A stretch of 62,173 nucleotides of DNA, the filler included, from Dirinaria sp. TL-2023a (taxonomy: Eukaryota): assembly GCA_051941275.1 (NCBI GenBank). It is 6 parts of 6 records of this genome, joined end to end, with 100 filler letters (N's around TTAATTAATTAA, not from the genome) between each part and the next. Parts side by side here need not be neighbours in the genome. Positions count along the whole stretch, not along the records: positions 41,560 to 51,818 come from JAVEBF010000956.1; positions 51,919 to 62,173 come from JAVEBF010000957.1; 4 more parts are not named here. One strand, written 5' to 3'. This document shows positions 50,300 through 61,508 of the stretch, one piece after another (position 1 is the stretch's first letter; each line of letters starts with the position of its first letter). Below the pieces are notes generated by a model, which did no database searches, was not told the origin of the DNA, and saw only the letters and a list, made by a program, of their open reading frames with translations. Made by a program: the position numbers and the translations under genes.

Positions 50300-51818
50300 T
50301 CATCGTCGCCGCCACCAAAGCCGTCCCAGTCCTCGCTCATGCAATTCTCGCCTCGCAGCGCCATCCACAATAACGCCTTCCCCTTCCACCGTCGAGCTCC
50401 TGCTACTGATTTGCTTGGCCCGCGAGGCGTTCCCCACGAAGCGCAGGAGCAGCGTCATCGCCGCGGCGCTCAGGATGGAGAGGCACAGGATCCCGACCAT
50501 GACGAGCGTGCTCTTCCTGTACTGCTTCCGTCCGGGCCTGGCATCGCTTTCCCAGCCCGTGAACAGCGCATACGTGGTCAGGATACTTCCCAGGTTGCCG
50601 AGCCCGGACACCAGTGCCGACGCGGCGGCGACACCCACCTCTCCGTGGCGGGGCTGGAAGATCTCGTTCGTCCAGGTCATCGTGATGGGGACCGTGGGCC
50701 CGAGGCCAAAGCCGACCATCAGCAGCCCGCCGTAGCGCGGCCAGGGATTGGCTTCGCTGCCGGCGTAGGTGGTCATCAGCAGCCCTGCGATCTGGATGCA
50801 GACCGGTACGCTGAAGAATAATGCGCGGTGGTGGTGGAAGCGGTCGGAGAAGGGGGTCACTAGCAATATCGCGATGAGATCCATGATCCAGATCGGCGCC
50901 GAAAGGAGACTCAGTTGCACGCCCGTCAGGCTGCTGTCCGTCGCGCGGATTATGACTGTAGCGTAGTTCTGCACGCCGATCCCGACCCCGACAACGCCGA
51001 AGTACATCAGCAGCAATGGCCATAGGCGCCAGTCTATGAGGACGGCAAGGAGATCCTTCAAGTTCCAGCTGCGCCGGTGGTATACCCTTGTCAGGTCCTC
51101 ATAGTGAATCAGAGCGTCTTCACCAGTCAATGCTGGTTTGCTGCGTGGAATCCACTTGTGCCAGCCGCTAAGCTCGGGTTCTTCTCCAGGCCGTAGAGGC
51201 CGATCGGGAAGCCACCATAGTAAGCTGAAGCCTACGAGGAGGCCAACAAGACCGTAGAGTAAGAACATCCACTGAAAACCGACAAGGCCACCATCACCGT
51301 CCATTTCCTGGAAGCCGGCTGACACGAGGCCGACGACTGCGGCAGAGACCTGCGCGGCGGTGAAGTACTGGCCGATGCGTTTGCCGGTGCGGGACGGTGG
51401 ATAGAAAAGTGTCAGGTAGTAGGCCATGCCGGGCCACATGCCTGCTATCACTATGCCGAGTAGGAGACGCAGAAGGCTGGCACGATGTAAGCGTCGGATG
51501 GATGTAGGACTTTTTTTAGGGACTGGCGTACTAAAAGCTCCAAGCGGCTTTCATGGCAGCCATACAACTCCCAATTATACCAACAGCAATAACAATGCGA
51601 CTCATCCATACGCGCGGGCTCAGTCGGGTCATGACGAGGTTGGACGGCAGATCGAAAACCACATAGCAGACGTAGAACAGCGCCAAACCCGTCGAGATTT
51701 GCTTAGGCGTTATATTGAGTTCTTGCCCTAGATCATGGCCTTGCTCGATATTCATTGTCTGAGCGAGACCCACGTTGGAGCGGATGGCGGAGCAGAGGAA
51801 GTAGAGAACCCAGAATGC
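50300..51818 (-). CDS. MFS transporter, anion:cation symporter (Dal5/AstA-like) family, 5'-truncated
   Basis: FWVLYFLCSAIRSNVGLAQ, FYVCYVVFDLPSNL..PRVWMSRI, LRLLLG..GMWPG..YYLTLFY and GFQWMFLLYG. Multiple TM helices. Runs into the spacer. Confidence 0.9.
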
Positions 51819-51918
51819 NNNNNNNNNNNNNNNNNNNNNNNNNNNNNNNNNNNNNNNNNNNNTTAATTAATTAANNNNNNNNNNNNNNNNNNNNNNNNNN
51901 NNNNNNNNNNNNNNNNNN
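51819..51918. other. Artificial contig spacer
   Basis: N44-TTAATTAATTAA-N44. Confidence 0.99.
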
Positions 51919-53264
51919 CTTCCTCCTCCTCCTCCTCCTCCCCCCGTCGTCGTCGCGATGGTCGAAAGACCCGCCGTATCTCGAGCCTTATCAGACATCA
52001 AAGGCGGCACACGTTTGCTGTTCGCTCCCTTCTTGATGCTGCCGCCGCCACCCGATTCCATCGCCGAGAGTTCCAGGATCTTGCTGCTCTCTTCATCGGC
52101 CGAAGGACGCTCCGCGAGCTTCCTGTACTTGGCGCGCAGCAGCCCGATGACGGGGCTGAGGAGGGGGAGATTGGCGCTCACGACTAGCAGTTCGAGTTCG
52201 GCTGTGCTCCAGAGCCCGGGCGTGACTTGCGTCCCTGTGGATTTGAGTTTAGTCAGTGGCGCCTTTGGGTTTGGGCTGGGTCGGGGGGAGGGGATTGGGT
52301 GTGTGGACGTACAGGTGATGTCTATGGGGTCGACGCCTTGTAGGGCAACTATGCGGCAGAGGCTTACGGCGCAAGCACTGTTGTGCACCACAGATGTTAG
52401 GTTTGTTGCGCTGTTATACAAATGTTGGAAAAAGGGTAGTACTCACAGTCCGCTGAGGAGGAAGACGAAGACGAGACCCAATTTGCGACTTGTAGGTAGC
52501 TGCAGTCTCCAAAGCAGAGGGATCGGCATCACCACCACTAGGACGTCCGAGACGAAGTTCAGGCTCCCTTGTGCGATGTAATACGGTACTTGTTTGAAAC
52601 AGTGATGTGGGACCTCGGGTTGCCAGAAGCTGTGGATTGGAAGGCATTGCAGCATCACGGTGAGCAGACTGCTAACGAACCATAGGAACAGGTACATCGC
52701 CATCACATATAGAGCCCATCGAAAGCTCTTCTGGGGGAAGAGCCTCTTGTAGAATAGCAGCACCGAGATTTTGACAGTTGGCAAAGTGAATACGTAGCAC
52801 AATTGAAGCGTATAAAAACACTGACATTCTTGTAAGCCCGTCTTCCGCTTCACCAGCATATCGACTGTCAGGCGACACTTACTATCAAGAAGTTTTGCGT
52901 GTCTTTGGGGGGATTCTGGGATACATGTTTGCCCAGTCCATACTTAAGGGCTGCGATCTTTAGCATGAACGGTGAACACGATCAGAGAGCATTTAGACCT
53001 ACCCACGTAATTACATATTCCAGGCATTGAAGCGAAGAACTGCCAAATTCATGAGCAGCTGCAGCCAAAGGTTGACTCCCAAGTCTTCGGCAGGTTTCTC
53101 ACCACCCCAACACCCATCAAGTAGTCATCATACCATAAATTAGACCTCGATAGCCGTCGCGCCAACAAGCGCAGGCCATAAGAGACCACAGCTAGTACCT
53201 CGACCAAAGTGGTAACAGCAATGACGAGACGTTGGTGATAATTAACTTCTTCGGCCACCGTCAT
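51919..53264 (-). CDS. PTH11-like integral membrane protein (fungal rhodopsin-like domain, no CFEM), 3'-truncated, multi-exon
   Basis: LRLLARRL..LWYDDYL, YGLGKH, KISVLLFYKRLF, QCLPIHSFW..C, NFVSDVLVVVMPIPLLWRLQL, and WSTAELELLVVSANLPLL. Confidence 0.9.
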
Positions 53265-55091
53265 ATCTAAGACACCTATTGTCGCCTGCTGTCAAGGAAA
53301 GTTATTTTCATGAAGCGTAGAAACAGCGTCGTGACGGAGGATTGTGTGGGAAAGAATATTGGGAAAGCAAAGGACAGGACGACTGAAACATTGCCTCAGT
53401 ACGAGAGAGGGACCGAAAAGCATATTTTGAAACTTGAATAGCTGAACCATGGTATGAATTGATAGACATGGCTTTTGCACCAGTACTCATGCCTCTTGTG
53501 TCATCCGGAAGTCAGCACTTTGTTATGGGAACTTGCACCAGTCGAATTGGCTTGGATGATAAATCCTAATGCATATGCACGCTGGCGGCAACGTTCAGCT
53601 CTGTGTCTTTCAGTACTCTAGTGGTATCAGCGGTGGGCCCTGCTCGTGAGGCTGTGTCTATGCAACAGAGAAGATGGATGGGGTGGGACGGAGGCGACTG
53701 GCTAATGCTCTGACTCCTAGTAAAGTATATCTCTGGTCCCTAACTTGATCCCGAGGAGTCTATTATTCCTCGCATTAGGCTGCATGTCATGGAAGCACCT
53801 CAAACAGCCTCCCATTGTTCTGTAGCAGAGATTGTAATTCTTGTTGACTCATGGAAAATCGCATTCCAATCCGATCGTACTCAATATCCTCCTGCCTTGC
53901 ATTTGAGTGGAAGTGATTGGCCTTTAATTGCCCGTTAACATCATCCATGACTTGCCTAAGGTATTCTCATAAAGCCAGGATGATGACGTTTGTATCAAGA
54001 ACGATGCAGTCTCGGACCGTGCCTTAAGATACGGAAGACTACAGAGAACGGCCCCATGGGTAAGTGATGGCTGGCGCCATGTACGCTGAGACCATGCTGT
54101 CCAGATGACTACGGAGTATTCCGTACAGTAGTTTGGCTTTGGCGAGTAAATATCTACCTTACTTTAGGGTACATGTAGGTAGTAGACCAGTTATATGTAG
54201 TTTAGTTTGTCTCACTAGACTTTAGCCTGACTGCGCTAGCCAGGACCTATTGCGTTGATCTCTGAACGCTAAGAGTCCTGGCTGACGCGATCAGCGTCGC
54301 TAATGCAGCGCTTGTATGGAGGTCGCTCCAATGACCATTCAAAACCCACCTGTAGCCGCTTCTTAAACCGCACTTGCACTGGTCGCCCTGACCAAAGACT
54401 TTTGAGACGAGCATCGATGGCTTCGGGCCGACTCGGGCCCTTGAAGCCAGTGAGCGTGGGAATCTACAGTACAGTAAGGTAGACTCTCTTACTACTACTG
54501 TACCTACCTTACCTCCTTACTCATGAGTACACATATCGGCAATACTACTAATGGCTGGCCAGAAAAAAGAGCTCGTGAAAAGTCACTCTTGGCGACGCTG
54601 TCAGAGCCAATCATTGTGCAAAGGGTCGACGCATTCCAGCTTACATGATATTCAATATACACGTGTGTCGATGTCTCGAAATCCGAGCGACAGACTTTCA
54701 AGATAAGGCTGAGGAGCCGCTCGAAAAACATATCGAGCAAGTATTATTAACAACACGTCGATTACAATAGGTCTGACTTTGCCGCCGCAAGCTCTGAACA
54801 GTCGAGTGGGTGGCTCAAGCGGACCAATAGTGGCGTGACGACACAAGTATGTATAAGCTCCGTGATACCGTGTCGCTCGGTACGCAAACTGAAGCGACGA
54901 CTTCCGTAACCTTGGCATCCCGCTCAAATGGACGTGTCTCGGAAGATGTCAATACAGAGCTGTGCTCGCTGCCAGCAGTTGACTTACTACGGATATATTG
55001 CTTGCGAGAAATGGATCGACCTGTTTTCTACAATATATCCATCTTTGAAGGATGTGAATTCGCTTAAGAGATAATAGCGAACTGCTCCGAT

Positions 55092-56208
55092 ATGAGGCTG
55101 GAGATTGCACTTAAGATTGGGCTTCCAGCAATCGCGGTTTTATTCGGCATTGACAGCACCTTCGGGAGCGAAGAATCACTGCCGCCATCTTACAGAGTGC
55201 CAAGTCAGAGAAACGCTCAGGAAAAAGATATCAACGAAACACAACTCTGGAGAAATAATATCTCATCGTTCACAGAGACAAGCATTCATTGCAGCGGCAC
55301 AACGTATGGATGGGACCTTCAAGAATCTAGCTGTAGAGATGCAGTCCTTCAATTTGAGCCAACCAGAGAAATAGAGACATTTGGAGATCGAAACCAAGGG
55401 AACTTCGACATTCCACTTCCTAGTCGGACTTTGAGCGGTTAGACAAATTCCTTCCCTAAGCTGCTCTCAAGATGTGCTAAATACTGAAGCCGACGGTTCC
55501 TGTGCCTTTACAATCGAGGTGCGTGGGGCCATAGCGGATCAAGCAAGTATGCAGGATATACGGATTGCGGCAGCAAGGCTAACACATACCTGTGTTACCC
55601 GTGGGAGGCGACCTGAGGGCGGAGTAGCTTCGGGAATAGGTATGTAGAAAACACGCGGCGGTGAATGTATGGTCTCAGAATAAAAATCAGGTCGCAATGG
55701 GCACATAAAGGTCATCATGACAGACTACACGCCGAGCGTGCGGTGTGAAAAACCTCGTGGCCCTGCTCCTAGCGATTGCTGGGACGTGTATCACCGCATG
55801 GGACTCTCATATTATGACGTCCATCTTGTGCATGAAGGCGCAATGGTGTCAGACATTTTAGTACCGCACGTTATACAGCCTGGTATGTACAAGCTCCATC
55901 AGCTTAAATTCCATTTACGTTATGAGTAGTTGCTTAGCATTTACTTTTCAGCGGGGGCGAATTGTATTTATACAGTCGACGTGGCGGGTGCAGCCGACTA
56001 CGAGAGTACGTATCACATATGGGAAGCCGTGGTAGCGCTCGACGACATGTGTGGGAGATTTGAGGAAATCGGGACCGCTTACGGGCTAGGTTTGCCTCGT
56101 GCTCCGTATCGTGTCTACAGGAGTCTCCTCCTGACTGCTTTAGGCCGGAATGGGAAAGTCATTGTGACACTCAACCCTGGGAATACAGCAACGATATCGA
56201 CTTCCTAA
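55092..56208 (+). CDS. Secreted protein with two tandem 4-Cys domains (KP4/Ecp2-like), five exons, 296 aa
   Basis: Introns 55438-55489, 55640-55690, 55883-55951 and 56090-56143 give an 891-nt frame with an N-terminal hydrophobic leader. Each half reads C..C..(LP/VP)..C-x-x-T-I/V..I-x-x-A..L..C..G-x-A-x-G-I/L-GRNG. Confidence 0.85.
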
Positions 56209-57552
56209 CATCAGTCAGCTATTCGAGTGCCTATGTCAAAACCGGTGCGAGATCTTCAAGATTCTTAGGCGGTAAAAATAGTGTACCACTCGTTTTCGGA
56301 ATAAAGTGGCGCTTTGAGCTCAATAAATCTGGTGGACATTATGAGCAGCCAGGGTGCTCGCAAGTATATCCATAGCTCAATTGCTATTACTGATCTGCTT
56401 ACCGAGGCGAGGCAGCAAACCCACCGATCCCTGAGACGCGATCCTCAGAGGACACAAGAGTCGGGTTTCTCCTTGAAGAGGGAAATTGGCGTAAGAACTA
56501 GCGCCTTCGTAACAGGCCACTCATTTCTTAAGCAGCTACAATGCTCCGCAGACTTTTACCAGGATTCTTCTCACATTTGATATGGTGAAAAGCTTGGGCG
56601 GTGATTTTTAAAGGGGACAAAATCGTTCGCTGACATGCAAGATCAGCGTATTTAGGTCCGTTGCAAGAGCGACAGATACGTGGGCTAATTCTTAGGAAGC
56701 AATTCGGAAACATGCCGATGAGTTTGTGCTCAGAACGAGGTCCAGTCCTTCGTAAGAATTGAGAGGTTCAAATGACGTATCGGAGAAGTGCGCAATAATG
56801 TGAAGCAAAATAGCCCACGATTAAGACCAGTGGAAAAATGTGTGAAACAGTTCAACTTGATGAGGATGTCGTATGCAATTCAAGAATTGACCTTCGTATC
56901 AACAATTCCCCCCACTCAACAGTTGCTCTTACCATTGGCCCGTAAAAGCCCTCTCACCACCAAAGCTTCTCGGCGACGAATATCGTGCATAAAAATTAGT
57001 TTTCCACCCTCGTTACGCCTGGCCGACGCAACCCAACTCCACATGATCTAGGCCGGTATCAGCGTTAGTCAGCTGTCGTTGGTGCGCCCCTAGTCCCCCG
57101 CCATCTTCGCAAATTTTTGAAAGCGTAGCTCCCTCATTGACACAAGCTTGTCCATTCAAAATCACGAGACATTATCAGAGGTGGGATTCATCCTCGGAGC
57201 ACGCAAGGCGATTTCTATTTCCATACGCATTTAAGAAGAAAGCAGATTTTCGTTAAGGGGAACGTAAGGTCATGTACAGGTCTTTACTCCCTTCTGCCAG
57301 AGACCTCTACTCAGAAAAGATCTTGTTTACCTAGTCTCCTTAGGTGTACTTGTTCCAGATGTCCTAGCTGCAATTCTTCTTGACTCGGTTCTCATGCTGA
57401 CGTGGTGAAAGCCATATTTGTCTCCTTACGAAATTGGCAACTAGCGTGGGAATGTTCTACGTATTTATCTTCTTGTCCACGGAGAGCCTAGCTTATTGAA
57501 TGAGCTTGAACTGAGACAGTGACTTTGCGTGGAAAAAATTTTAATTTCCCAT

Positions 57553-58890
57553 ATGGATCTTGACCAATATGGAGTCTCTTTCACTCACGGCTTCTTGCCA
57601 GTTGACCCGCCTCTAAAGCAGCTGCCAAGCCGATACCGAAAATGGGACCAGTTGGCCTATGATATTCCAAGGCTGGTAGACGACGGAACGCTTGTGAGAG
57701 AGGTTGAGGATCTACCAACGATCACGACCGTGGACCTTCAATCAGAAGTAGATTGGCAAAGAGCCTACGTCATCTTGGGTTTCATTGCCAATGCCTATCT
57801 CTGGGGAGGCGAAAAACCCTTGCAGGTGAACCGCTCCTGTTTCTGGTAATAGCTCCTGGCTGACACATAAACAGCGATTGCCGGCATGTATAGCAGTCCC
57901 ATTCCGAGAAAGTGCTCGCCATCTCGACATGCCGCCTGTTGCAACCTATGCCGCGGAGAATCTGTGGAACTTCGAGCCCATTGCTACAGCCCAATCAATT
58001 GAGGATCCCGCCAACTTTCGTGCCTTAACAACATTCACAGGTACCAGTGACGAATCCTGGTTCTACGCTCTCCCAGCTGCCATCGAGATGCGTGGCCGAC
58101 ATATCATTCCTCTAGCTATTAACGCGCTTGACGCTGTTGAGAAGAGAAGTCTGACAAAAGTGACGCAATATTTGGGAGACATTGCTGGTCATATTCAAGC
58201 GATGACTAAGTTGCTAACCCGAATGTACGAGAAGAACGACCCAGGTGTGTTCTACAAACACATCCGTCCATTTCTGACTGGCACTACGAGTCCGGAGAAT
58301 CCATATGGAGTATTCTATGAGGATGGTCGCGGTGGCGGGGAATTTGTAAAGGTGAAGGGGCCTACTGCAGCGCAGAGCTCGCTGTTCCCTTTGCTGGATG
58401 AATTTCTTGGCGTTAGACATGATCCATCCAAAGCACCGGGAGATTTCCTGCAGGTCAATATATAGCATTCACCATATTATATGAGAAATGAATGCTGACT
58501 GCAAGTATACAGGAAATGCGTGCATACATGCCTCCTAAACATCGACAATTCCTCTCCTTCATCGCCTCAAAGGCTCATCTACGTTCTTTCGTGGAATCTC
58601 AACCTGACGAAGTGAAGCTCCAGGCTGCTTACAGTGATTGCATTACTTCGTTAGCGGGGTATCGTACGAAGCATTTGCAACTAATATCACGATACATCGT
58701 GATACCATCTCGAGACGCCGCTCGATCAAGGCCTCCACCAGAGACTGTACCTGGTACTGCAGGCCGTGTGCCAACAGACGACGAGCTAGTCCTGGGAACG
58801 GGCGGCACTGCTCCAGTGCAGTTTCTGAAGCTTGTGAGGGATGATACCTTCGATGGATTATCGAAAAGCTCTCAGGGCTTGCCTAATTGA
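57553..58890 (+). CDS. Indoleamine 2,3-dioxygenase family haem enzyme, three exons, about 409 aa
   Basis: YGVS..HGFLP..P, WQRAYVILGFIANAYLWG, PPVATYA..LWN, TFTGTSDESWFY, FYKHIRPFL, AQSSLF, EMRAYMP..HRQFL, proximal His in RTKHLQLISRYI, and GTGGT. Introns 57826-57874 and 58454-58512. Confidence 0.93.
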
Positions 58891-59833
58891 GTCACGCGTG
58901 GTGAATGATGACTTTTCTGGCTTGTGGGTTCATGATCGGTCTTTTTTCCATTTGTTATGCCAGTATTTTCTCAATTGAAAGAGAAGTCCGCAACTGAGCG
59001 ATCTATGGATAATGAAAATCTTCCAAAGAAGTCTGAATAAATGTTGTCAGAACAAAGCGTTCTTGAAGTCTGTCATCTCTTACGACGGTCTCGAGCGAAA
59101 CCTCTCCTCGACTCATATCCACATCAAATCGATGGGAATGTCGAACATGAAGGAATTGAGAAGTGCTATGGCCATGAATTATGTAGGAGGATAAGCAACC
59201 GAGTCTCTGACTTGGGTTAATTGGTCTTTGAATGCAATCCAAGGCTGCGACTGTGGTAAACTTATCAACGGTGGTCGATCTTTTGACGAAAAGAAAAATA
59301 ACAATTTGAAGATTAGAAGAGCGAGGACTCACGACGCATCGCTTCTCTTTGTCTTATGACGACATGCAATTGCAAGAAAGCTCGTTCGATCTCAGTTGTT
59401 GGGTCAAACCACCCCTGCTTACTCAGCCGGGTCGCCAAAAAGCGGCCACTTTTGGAGGCTTCCTGGAATCCTGGAGCTCTTGACTAGGTACTGAGCTAGG
59501 AGGCGGATTTCCCGTCTTTTCTAGAGCGCCAATTGGATGAAGATTTGTTGACACTACTACTACACATTATTGTGTCTCAGATGGTAGACTCGAACATGAT
59601 TCAAATTCGAAACACGTTTTTGGATCCAAGTCCAAAGAGACACCCCTGGACGACATGGGGGCTCTGCACGGGATGCACGAGGCACTAATCAGCTTTGTAG
59701 CCGCTAGATACTGGCGACCGCGGCACGCCAATAAGAATGGGCACCTCTATAAATTAGAAGCCCTGCTGGTAATTAAGTTGTTCAACAATTTTGTAAGCAT
59801 CTTTCATTTTTTAGAAAGTAAACCGTGCGCAAT

Positions 59834-60493
59834 ATGCATCTATTGTTCAGATCTTGCTTCATTTCCATATTTGCATTATCTCTTCTGGCAGCTGTTTCTT
59901 TAGCAAACCCTACACCTTTTTCTCCGGCTCCAAGGCACGATTTGCAAAATGTCGTCCCATCAATCGTTGGGAAGAAGCTACAAGAATCGGGAACTGCCAG
60001 AAAGTACCGTCGGTGGCACGTATCCCATGAGATATCTCGGCCAGAGAGCGATCGATCGCGTTCACTGATGATCCTCCCCCGACGTGATCTCTCTCAAATA
60101 AAGCAAATCTTGCGCGCGATTTGGTACGACTTCGTTCCGTTCGCTCCCGATACCCTGCAACAGGCAGCACCGGTGGTAAAGGAGATGTTCTTCCAAATCT
60201 ACGACTTGGTCACCACCGCGGGGCAACGGCAGCCGGTCGAGCAGGTCCTGAAATTCTCCTACGGAGCCTTTCGAGTGACTATACATTGTGCCAACCAGAC
60301 ATGGGATGCGATTCAGGAAGTCATAGAGTACATCAATGACAAGATCATTAATAACATGGTAGGCTTTTTTCTGGCCAACATCATCTTGATCTCGGGTGCC
60401 ACGATTACGATCTCCTACGCTCTGATTATTGCCGGTATTTTCTGGCTCGCGCGCGTCCCTCTGGAGATCGATTGGTCGCGTGTTGCGGGCTAA
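59834..60493 (+). CDS. Secreted hypothetical protein with dibasic pro-region
   Basis: Signal peptide MHLLFRSCFISIFALSLLAAVSLA, RR sites, then an amphipathic domain (AAPVVKEMFFQI..FSYGAFRVTIHC..WDAIQEV..MVGFF). Confidence 0.65.
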   Translation: MHLLFRSCFISIFALSLLAAVSLANPTPFSPAPRHDLQNVVPSIVGKKLQESGTARKYRRWHVSHEISRPESDRSRSLMILPRRDLSQIKQILRAIWYDFVPFAPDTLQQAAPVVKEMFFQIYDLVTTAGQRQPVEQVLKFSYGAFRVTIHCANQTWDAIQEVIEYINDKIINNMVGFFLANIILISGATITISYALIIAGIFWLARVPLEIDWSRVAG

Positions 60494-61508
60494 CGGCGGC
60501 AATGGAAATACCTGGTCACGAGGTTTTTTTTTCCTCGACTGGATGGAATTGCTAGTGGCATCTTGCTAGATAAAGTAACTGAGAAACTGCTGCTCCTCAT
60601 CTAACGAACAGCCCGACTCCTCGACGTTCCATAAGTCTCACCTACGAATGGCGTTTCCCTGTGCTTCCAAACCATTCTTCAAGAATTTCAGCTGCCCTTT
60701 CCCAAAAGGATAATCGCTACTTGGTTTCCTGCACCGGCTCACGACAATGGGAGAAGGCGAAGCTCAGAACTCCAGGTGCAACATACCAAGCTACAAGCCA
60801 TCGAGCCTGAACGGCTATCGAGCAAGAAAATTGGTGTCTGATGATAGATCTTCAACCGGAAGCTCAATCCAGATCGTTCGATTATCATGTGCATAGTTTG
60901 ACGAACTGCTCGACGGTGCGACCAAAGGCGTACATAATCCCAAGATCAAAGCAAGGGCGACCGAAGATATCTGCGCTCATCGACTTGTAGGAGCACGACA
61001 AATCGCAATCGATGTAGTGTCAGCCAATATTTATGTATTGAGCTGCCTATGGCGGTGCGTACCTCTCAAGTTCGTTGGAGGCCTGCCGAATAATTGATCA
61101 GTCGGTATCTGTCAGTGCATCTCAAAAAACCCGTTTCTCCTAGGCTGTAAAGTCCTAGAAGTAACATGTCTCGCCAATGCTTGGCATGGGTCGTAATGGA
61201 ATACTATATCACAGCAAGGGCGAGCAACCGAAAGTCTTCTACTGTCAATTACGTCCTGTGGAAATTTTCAAAGGAAATAGAGAAGAAAGTGCCAAAGTCC
61301 ACTAAGGACGAGAGAAAATACCAGAATCTTAACGTCATAGGCAAGAAATCTTCCGTAATAATCTCGGTTGCAAAGCTCCCAGAGCCCGCTTATTGTGCAG
61401 CAAATCTACGAAAATCTCTAGCTATCACTGCAATCAGTTCTCAAGCCGACATTGCCAGCGATCCGATAAAATTTACAAAGTTCGCAACAGTTCATGATCT
61501 CGTGAACC

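Noticed and set aside
49358..51023. Long overlapping or antisense ORFs over iec3 and the MFS gene (likewise over 32036-33900 and 42581-43500)
   Set aside because: Shadow frames caused by high GC3 codon bias of the real genes.
58900..59340. Minus-strand intron-like signal (GTAAGA..CTGAC..CAG) with short peptides
   Set aside because: In-frame stop and no identifiable family. It cannot be supported beyond a possible relic.
60540..60985. Minus-strand signal-peptide-like stretch (SSVALALILGLCTPLVA)
   Set aside because: No in-frame ATG nearby and several stops downstream.
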